A DNA stretch of 64,000 nucleotides from assembly GCA_001244265.2 (NCBI GenBank), contig LN717261.1:2929591-2993590 (forward strand). Reading direction: 5' to 3'. The position numbers and the translations under genes are program-made. Below, piece after piece: positions 56,001-64,000 of this stretch (its first letter is position 1; the number at the start of each line of letters is the position of its first letter). This DNA comes from Microbotryum violaceum. Taxonomy: Eukaryota. A model generated the notes under the pieces. The model saw only the letters and a program-made list of their open reading frames with translations, was not told the DNA's origin and searched no databases.

Positions 56001-58829
56001 TTGGATCAGTTGGCGGTAAAGGAGGCTCAGTGGCTGCGCATTCGTACGCATGTGCCGTCAGTCGACTCGAGGGAAGGTCAATCGGCAAGCATTCGCACGC
56101 GTCTCAACCGCCGGAGTCGCCAGACGAGCATCGTCTCGCTGGAGGATGTGGATGGCACCGAGACCGTTGACATGCAGGAGGCGCTGGGCATTGCTTCACG
56201 GCACGCACAGTCGCTCTTCACGCCGGACCCAGCTCGTGGCGACCCGACGAACGCACGTCGGTCCCTGCTCGACCCTATTCGCGCAGCGAAATGCTACGAT
56301 GACGACCGCTCGGACCCTACGTTCGGTCGTCGGCTGCCCCTTCAAGCCAGAGTGGCGCTTGACGAGCCCTTCAACCTTTCCGAGGTCGAAGCGGCGTTGA
56401 AGAAGACGGATTCAGGGCGATCACCGGGGCCTTCGGGCATTCCGTATGAGCTTTTCAAGGCGCTGCCGACCTACTTCGCTCCCAAGCTGTTGGACCTGTT
56501 CAACTCGATTTGGGAGGGGGGTAAAATGACGGCGTCCTTGGCAGAGGGGCTGGTGCGGCTTTTGCCCAAGAACAAACCGGGGGCCAATCTGAAATCACTG
56601 GGGGCATATCGACCGATCACACTGCGCGAGACAACCTACAAGGTCCTCAGCAAGGTCTTGGTGGCGCGACTCAATGGGGTGCTCGGCGAGCTTTTGCCGC
56701 CGGCGCAACACGGTTTCATGCCATCAAGACGCCATCAAGACGTTCAGCAGACGCGGGAAGTTATCTCACTCTCCTTGAAAAATTCAAGTCGCTAGGCACT
56801 GAAGTTTTCCCCGAGGGCGCCCTCTTGTCTTTGGATCAGCAGAGCGCGTACGATCGGGTCGATCACGCCTGGATCTTCGAGGTCTTTGAGGCCTTTGGGT
56901 TCGGTGAGCGTTTCATCTCGCTGCTGCGCGCTCTGTACGATCCCGAGACCCTGGGGGTGCGCTACCTCATCAATGGGTTCCCCACGGAGTTGGTGCGGTT
57001 GCTGTGTGGTCTCGGTCAGGGGGATCCCCTCTCGTGCCCGGTTTGGAACATCACGTTCCAGCCCTTCCTCGACGCCCTCGTCCGGCGCGGGATCGCGCTC
57101 GACCTTCAGAAGGTGTGGCCAGGGGGCCGCGTGCGCAGCTTACGCATCTGGCGTTTGCCAACCCCGAGGCTCCCCGTCCTCGGTGCTTCAACTTCTTTGG
57201 GCTCACCCGACCGTTTATTGTTCGCAAGCTTCGTCGGCTTGTGAACGTGGTTCGGTTCCCAGGAAGGGAGGATCGTGTCAAGCGTTTCCGTGATGGGACT
57301 CCTCAGAGCGATAGGAAGCGCTTCTGGAGATGGCTTCATGACCGGTTCGCGTCTGCTGTGGAGCAGGACACCCACTGGCGGCTCATGTACGACGTGACGC
57401 CGACGCGCAAGAGGCAGCATACTCAGGGTCATGCCTCTTCGCCGACGTGTCTGTTCTGCGGCAACGATGCAGCGGTCATCGAGACGGTGTCGCACTACTT
57501 CTTCGAGTGCGCGTACTCGACCAGCTTCTGGAGTGGGGCGCTTCGCATTCTGTTCGACAAGCTAGGCATCGAGGATACCGACGTCGATCTGTCGACGTTC
57601 ACTCCGGAGCAGCTGACTATGGGGCTCCCCCTTTTGCGGGGTCGTGGGAGAACGACCTCGAAATGGATGTGGGTTCGGCTGGCTTGCGCGATCGGCTTCC
57701 AGCGGCTGCACCTGCTCCGCTGGCGCGTTCATCAGGGGTTCGAGCTGGGCAAGGGCGTGGCCCCTCCCTCGCTCCCCAGTGCACTCAGAGCGTTCGAGCG
57801 AGATTTTCTCTCTCGAGCGGGCTTTGTGCCTGGGGCTCGAGATTTGGATGTGTGATGACCGAGTTAAGTCCTTCCTTCCCATTTTCCTCCCCTCCTTTCC
57901 TCCCTTCTTTTTCGGAGGTCGACTTCTCTTTCAGAAGCTGACTGTCTCGAAACTTGTTGCGCAGTGGAAGGCTGCGCACCTCTCTCTCTCTCTCTCCCTA
58001 CTTTGCGCAGTAGCGGTTTTCGTTCTTGGATGGATCGGCAAGCCAGTATGATCGTCTTTGCATTGGAGGCTTTGTGAAGTTTTCCCCTCTCCTTTCCCCC
58101 CCTTTTTCCCTTCTCTTCCTCTTCTCGTTCCTGTTGCTCGGTTGTTGACTACGCTTCAGCCACTTCTCCTTTTACTCCTAAGCCGTGTGTTGGATTCCGT
58201 CGAATGGTTCGTTCGTTCGCGTTGGTCAAGATCTACGGCATGGCTCGGGAAGAAAGGTCGCTCGTCTTTTGGTCAATATCCTCGCGTCAAGGCGAGGCTC
58301 GTTTTGTTGTATTGGATCGCTTTTCGCTCGGCCCGACGGCTTAACGGCCAGCACTCGAGATTCAGCCAAGGGAGGACATCAGGCGCTGTCGGGGTGACGA
58401 GTAGCTGGGGCTTGGCTGCGGCCTGTTAGTCCCTGGGGACCTCTACCTCCGGCTTCGACCCCCTCCCTTGGCCCCTCGGGTGAGTTCCCCTCCTCTCTGT
58501 CTTAGTATTCCTGGTTCTCCGTATCCCCAGTCGTGACTTTCTGTATACTCTCCCTCTTCTTTCTCTAGGCTCTCTTGCCTGGTTTTCGAGTATCTTTGCT
58601 CCCGCTCTTGGGACGTGAAGCGGCAGCAGTACTCACCGCCCGTTGGAGTCCGCGTTAGGTGCTCGGCGGGTTTTGATCTGCGCAGCGCTCTTTGCGCGCA
58701 GGGGTTTGACTTTCACCCAACTGCTTGCCGTCGTTGCTTTATAACCTCCTTTAGCTCTTTTCGTAGCGGTCCCAGCCAACCCGAAGGATTGCAATTTATG
58801 AGCCCCAGTCAAAAAAACAAAAACAAAAA
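53090..58829 (+). mobile_element. LINE family X, 5'-truncated, internally deleted, interrupted by a TIR element
   Basis: EN motifs NTYAP, AGDLND, SRIDY and SDHRPV (53095-); RT motifs YRPITL, QHGFMP, SLDQQSAYD, GQGDPLS and HLAFA, then a jump at ~57166 to the zf-RVT region. Tail A7CA5CA5 at 58811-58829. Confidence 0.92.
53966..55990. mobile_element. Non-autonomous TIR DNA transposon (CMC/EnSpm-like), 2025 bp
   Basis: 19-bp TIRs CATCAG(T/C)AACTTTGCCACT, 2-bp TSD CA, and subterminal CACTAAAT(GG/TT) repeats at both ends. Removing it plus one TSD restores LINE ORF2 (..AYAFAKSQLDQLAVKEAQW..). Confidence 0.9.
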
Positions 58830-59312
58830 TGAATTCCAGGATTACTGGTTCATGACACAATCCCACATGCCACCCAGCGTCTCCTCCTCGAGTTTGTCAC
58901 TGACGGATACTCCCAAGTCGAGACTGATCGACTTAACTATATCCGCTTTCATCAAGAGAACCTGCGCCTCACCACGGCGCAGGGCATCACCGATGCCGTT
59001 GCCAAAGGTTTGACCCCGGATCAGATTGGACGTTCGGTAGTATTGGGGTCGACGTTCAAGAATAGCCCGCGGGAGGTCACGCAGCGTTACCAAGATGCGA
59101 TGGCGTGTGTCGTCAAATGCGGGAAGCCTTCGCTGTTCATCACGGTGACGTGCAACCCCGAATGGCCGGAAATCAAGGCTGCACTGGAGCCGAACAACGA
59201 AGCATACAACCGTCCGGATCTCATTGCACGAATGCTCAAAGCCAAGTCCGGCAACAAGCAACGGCCAGGCTGTTTTGGTGATGAATGGATTTTGTTTCTT
59301 TGCTGTACTTCG
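58830..59312 (+). mobile_element. Helitron family B-related Rep fragment
   Basis: TPDQIGRSVVLGSTFKNSPREVTQRYQDAMACVVKCGKPSLFITVTCNPEWPEI. Confidence 0.85.
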
Positions 59313-59339
59313 TTTTTTATTTATTTTTAAAGCTCTGCG

Positions 59340-61831
59340 AAGTACAGCAAGGAAACAATTCTTCATTCACAAACAGCCTGCCCGTTGCTTGTTGCCAAAA
59401 CGGTCGTCGTTGCAGAGTCGGTTCAACTTGGCTTCAAACGCTCGTGCAATGAGTTCCAGTCGGTTGCATGCTTGGTCGTTCGGTCCCAGTGCAGCCTTGA
59501 TTTTAAGCCATTCGGGGTTGCACGTCACCGTGATGAACAGCGAAGGCATCCCATATTTTACGACGCACGCCATCGCATCTTGGTAACGCTGCGTGTTCTC
59601 GCGCGGTCTATTCTTGAACGTTGAGCCCAAAATCACCGAACATCCAACTTGATCCGGGGTCAAGCTGATGATGCCTTGGCCCGTGGTGAGGCGGAGGTTT
59701 TTCTTGATCCAACTGGAGGTAAGTTGAGTCGATCGGTCTCGACCTGGGAGTATCCGTCATCACGAACGCCAGGAAGGCACGTTGGGTACAATGCGGGATT
59801 GAGAAGTACGCGTCGCGTTTGTGCAAGTAGTACGCAAATGATTGTGAACGCGAGACTCGCCACCTCGATCCCCTTTATTTGAGCTTCGTCCTAAGTGTTC
59901 AAACGTTCAGTGTCAGTCTGTGCGTGCGCCTTAACAGAATGAAACATCCGAGAAAGAACCGAAGGCGCGTTCGTTCACCATCACCATTCTCTTCGTCCCC
60001 TTCCTCCTCGTCTTCATCATTTTCGTCGGCGAAGTGTGACCCAGCTTGGTTGGAACTGCACAGAGGAATGTTGGGGTGGAAGCCATCTTCCCCGCGGGAA
60101 GAGTAGTGAGTACCAGAGGCATCGCAGACGGATGGAGCGAGCTGATGACTTGGTACTTTGGCCGACCCTCGGGACATCGATCACCGTGCACCTGGAGAAT
60201 AAGGTCTTGAGGTCCACGATCTCCCGTGTTGGTGTCGGAATTCCAGATAAGCATCGCCATTTCGGTGCTCGACGTAGGAAGGTTGTGGGTGCGTCGGTCT
60301 CGGCAAGGTGGTAGGCAGAGGCGCAGGACCCACTCTTTGGCCTAACCTGCGCGAGCTTTGGTTGATGCAAGTTCCCTCACCAAGCGATTGCCGGTACGCA
60401 ACGTAGAATCGAGCTTGGTCAAAGTAGATCTTTGTATGCGACTGTCTGCGCCGTCGGGTCCAAGTTGAGTGTCGGTGGCCTCGGCCGGGCATATGAGCCA
60501 TGTTTTGGCAAAGGTTGGGCGCTGATTGACGGCAGGAATCAGGGCGCTGAGAGGCGCCGAGTCGATGGTAAAGGCGTCGAAATATCCGAAACATGCGGGG
60601 TCCTTGAGTGCCTAGTCGAGTCTGGTCAAAGTGGGCAGCGAGCGAAGTGAAGACAGCGCGTTCAAGTTGTTGTACGACCGGGCATTCTCGCGGAATGCTT
60701 TAGCTTCTGTGTGGGTGGGTAGAACAGTTCAGCATGTGGGTCTACTGCAGACGAACGTTGTTGGACGGAGCAACTGACCGCTATCCGAGCCTTGAAGAAG
60801 CTGCCGATACTCGAGATTGGGCTGGGGAGGGCGAGGTAGCCGCACCTTGCCTTGCGAGCAGCACGCGCTGAAGTGTCTGGTCGACTTGGACCTTTCGCAC
60901 TCCCAGTGCCGAGCCTTGCAGTGGGTGCACACGGCCGTCTGCGGGCCGAGGCCATCGCGGATCGAAACGTGGGGCTTGAGGGGTTTGAGCGCGATTCGAG
61001 GCCTGCGCACTTGCCTCTGCGCAGGAAGAGGTGGTGGTGGGGCGAGCTCAGCGTCGGATCGGCCATCGGGCCCTCGCGCTGACCACGCCGTCCGTTCTAC
61101 AAAGCTGTACGGCGGACGCTTATACGGGTCGTAATACCAAGATCGGTCGAGTGGTTGTCATTGTGCGCGGGAGCTGATTCTGTTGATCGGAGCGGGACAA
61201 AGAGGAGAGTCGAGCAGCGGGCCAAGCAGCAGGCGCTCGAGTAAGCTCGAGCAGGCCCATGGTCTCCCATGGCACGGCGGTACGCTATCCTCGCGCCAGA
61301 CTCGGCGCGGTTGTCACAAAAATTCGGTGAGTGGGAGGGAAAGGAAAGAATTAGAGAGAGTATCGCGGGACTATTTACAGCCCCTGGAAGATCCTGTTGT
61401 TGTTCAGCCCCTAAAACCGGTGTCGCGTTGTAAACAATACACATCACGTGATTGACGGCGCATCCGTAAGCCGCGCCCGCAAAGACAGCGGGACAACCTC
61501 TGAGCTCTGTAGAAGAAGTGTCATGCAAACCCACGCGCTTGCTATGCATTAAATCCCACACAAACTGCTCAATAGTTGCGCACCCTGCCAAAAATCAACA
61601 AAAATTTTCCTCGGGCTGTAGCTCGACTTTTATGGTGCAGAAAATGCGAAAAAGGTCGTACATGACTTCTGGTCGTGACGCCAATAGCACAGGCAGGTGC
61701 GGCAGACGCAATACTGTACTGGTGCCTTCACTGTAGGCGGCCGCAACACAGTGAAAAACAGCGATTTTAGGTACATGGGTCGCGGATCGACCTTTTTTGT
61801 TATAAAGAGGTAGTAATAAAGAGGTAGTAGA
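59340..61831 (-). mobile_element. Helitron family B copy with 5' terminus
   Basis: Reverse complement of 1281-3752. The minus strand starts TCTACTACCTCTTTATTACTACCTCTTTATAA at 61831, a Helitron-type 5' TC end. Confidence 0.9.
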
Positions 61832-62255
61832 ACGTCTCGTTTCGAAGAAATCAGGGGTCCCAGCCATCAATCTCTGTCCGTTCTTAACGCGTCATTCGCA
61901 GGAGATAGCGCCCCTGCCCCGCAGCCACGTGCTCCTTCCCCGCCCTGGCCATCGCTAGCGCAATTTAACTATGCGGGGATAAGTCGTTATAGGAGGCGCA
62001 TCCAGCGGTGTGAGGATCGGTATATCGGTAGCTCGGCGGCAGTTCCACAAAGGCTGGCCATTCATCCGCCGGACCGCCGGATTGATCGACCGACACGACT
62101 GGCCCTGTGCGCGGCGCAGTCCTCGGCGGTTCGCATGCAAAGAAAGCAGGAAACGCCCCCTGACAGGTACTCGTGCTCACCACGTTACCTCTTGGGACCC
62201 GTTTGGCACTAGTTCTGGCGTGCATTTCCCTTTGCTCTCACGGTAGCTGCACAAA

Positions 62256-62801
62256 TGTCATGAATGAGATCTCGCGGGGACTTGCGCTCTTGGCTCACGT
62301 GATCTCACCCGGTCCACGTGACCTCAGCTCGCTCGGAGTACGGGTTCTCGCCTGTCGTACGTGATTACGTCTTGATCACATGATCTCGCTTGGCTTGCAT
62401 CAGCTCACTTGGTCACCACGATTCGGGTACATCGGCTGGGTTTGTACACGTGATCTCGCCTGGTCCATGTGATTCTTGCCTGGTCTATGAGATCTTGCCT
62501 GGTCCACGTGATCTGGCTCGGTCACATGATTCCGTTTGGCTTACATCATCTCCCTTGATGCACATGGCCATGGGCACGTGTTCCTTTGTATTCTATCCTG
62601 TGTATAAAAGGTGTCCAGTGTGATAGCTTGCTTCTCTTTCTCCTTTCTGCAACCTGAATCTCGACTCAAATACGCCCTTGCTCTTACCCCTTTCCTGGGC
62701 CTTCAGTGGAAGACCAAGTTGGAACGACTCAGCCTTCCTCTCTCGCCCTTGTCTGAGCCCCCTCGTCCGTCTCGCCTCTTCCATCCTTGTCCTTCGTGAT
62801 A
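62256..62801 (+). mobile_element. Old solo LTR (family not otherwise in window)
   Basis: Imperfect terminal inverted repeats TGTCATGAA..TTCGTGATA, flanks ACAAA/GCAAA, TATAAAA at ~62603, and many CAC(G/A)TGA motifs upstream of the TATA. Confidence 0.65.
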
Positions 62802-63323
62802 GCAAATGTTCAGCTTGATCTCCGGACGACGCGTTGAAGTATTCACGCAAGCCACTGCAACGCATCGCATCACATAACAGCTAACGCGCGGGGCAGGCTT
62901 ACGTCAACTCGCCGCAAAGCTCAAACACCCCGAGCTGCTTGGTTACGGTGTTCTCAGTATGAACGCTCCAGCCAGAAGAAACCGCGCCTAATTGCAGCAT
63001 CCAGCCGAGATTGCTTTTGCTTTCCTTGCTTTACGGAGCGAGTATTAGCTAAATTCGGCACTGAGACTGATGACCCCTGTCGCGAATGCCGGGCTTCCTC
63101 GGCTTCATCTGCCTATCCTGCTGCATCGCGGGATCACCCAAATTATGCTGCGTGCCAGGGCAAGAGTGTTTCGGCCGCGAGAGTTCTACAGCCCCAAAAA
63201 ACAGTCGAGTCAATGTAGCCGCATCCTGTGAAGCGGAACGAGATTCTCATAGAGGTACCTCATGATCAGGCCGTGTCATTTAATGACTTGACCGCGAGGC
63301 GCAGACCCTACGTTTTCCTCATA

Positions 63324-64000
63324 CCAGTGGGAACCGGTAAAATTAACGGGATGATGAAATTCAAATAGCAGGAGAATTGGATTGTGCAGAGGTAAAAGAA
63401 CACGATACGAAGGTCAGCAAAGGAACGATTATCCCTTCATCGCCGTAACAGCAGGTAACAGCCGCCCGTTGCTTGTTGCCCAAAACGTCGTCGCAGATCC
63501 GGTTCAACTTGGAAACACTCGCACAATGAAACCCGGACGGTCGTTCATGTTTCGTCGTTCCGCCCAAGTGCAGGGAGGAAGAGGAAGAAATTAGAAGAGT
63601 AGCGCGGGATTATCTACAGCCCCTCGAACCTCATGTTGTTGTTGAGCCCCTGAAACCGGTGTCGGGATGTCGAGACCACGTCACGTTACTGACGGCGCAT
63701 CGCGCAGCGTAAGCCGCGCCCGCGCGTCAACAACAGCGAGACCACGCCTGAGCTCTGTAGAAGAAGTGAAATGTAAACCCACGCGCTTGTTATGACTAAA
63801 TACTAAATATATCTCTCAACAGTTCCGCACCACGTCGAAAATCGACAAAGACTGTCCTCGCGCTGTGGCTCGATTTTTATGGTCCAGAAAATGCAGAAAG
63901 GTCGGACATGACTTTTGGTCGGAACGCCGATACTACAGGCCGGTGAGGCAGATTCAATAGTATACTGGTACATTCACTATAGGCTGCCCTCAGGGCCGCA
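63324..64000 (-). mobile_element. Heavily deleted Helitron family B derivative
   Basis: 63585-64000 is a diverged reverse complement of ~1345-1745. 63340-63545 carries the KLNRICDDVLGNKQRA Rep fragment and the same 3' segment as 3800-3848, ending in a degenerate hairpin, TTCCCA, CTGG and T. Confidence 0.78.

Noticed and set aside
58796-58806. TTATGAGCCC near the LINE X tail resembling the Copia PBS
   Set aside because: Short match with no adjacent LTR; likely coincidence.

Overview
This is intron-containing fungal DNA, most likely a basidiomycete. The TE families and TCG->TTG mutation bias resemble Microbotryum/Pucciniomycotina, but this is an inference, not an identification. The window is almost entirely nested, degenerating transposable elements around one apparently intact host gene, the 5-exon histone H3-H4 chaperone ASF1 (14578-15743, minus). 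Elements read from the sequence: two Helitron families (one RepHel pseudogene plus several deleted copies); a Ngaro/DIRS-type tyrosine-recombinase retrotransposon; a Mutator-type transposase with a GCM/WRKY-like Zn domain; a CxC1-KDZ transposase; three Ty1/copia elements with half-tRNAiMet primer sites; solo LTRs; three L1/Tx1-like LINE families; a 2-kb TIR element with a 2-bp TSD; and a tRNA-like gene with an aberrant TTA anticodon loop next to the 5' end of a full-length LINE. Three kb-scale inverted duplications and an LTR-derived fold-back suggest ectopic recombination in heterochromatic or recombination-suppressed DNA. The best novelty candidates are the LINE/tRNA-like arrangement, the putative KDZ terminus, the GCM-MULE and the LTR fold-back. 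None can be confirmed as new without database searches.
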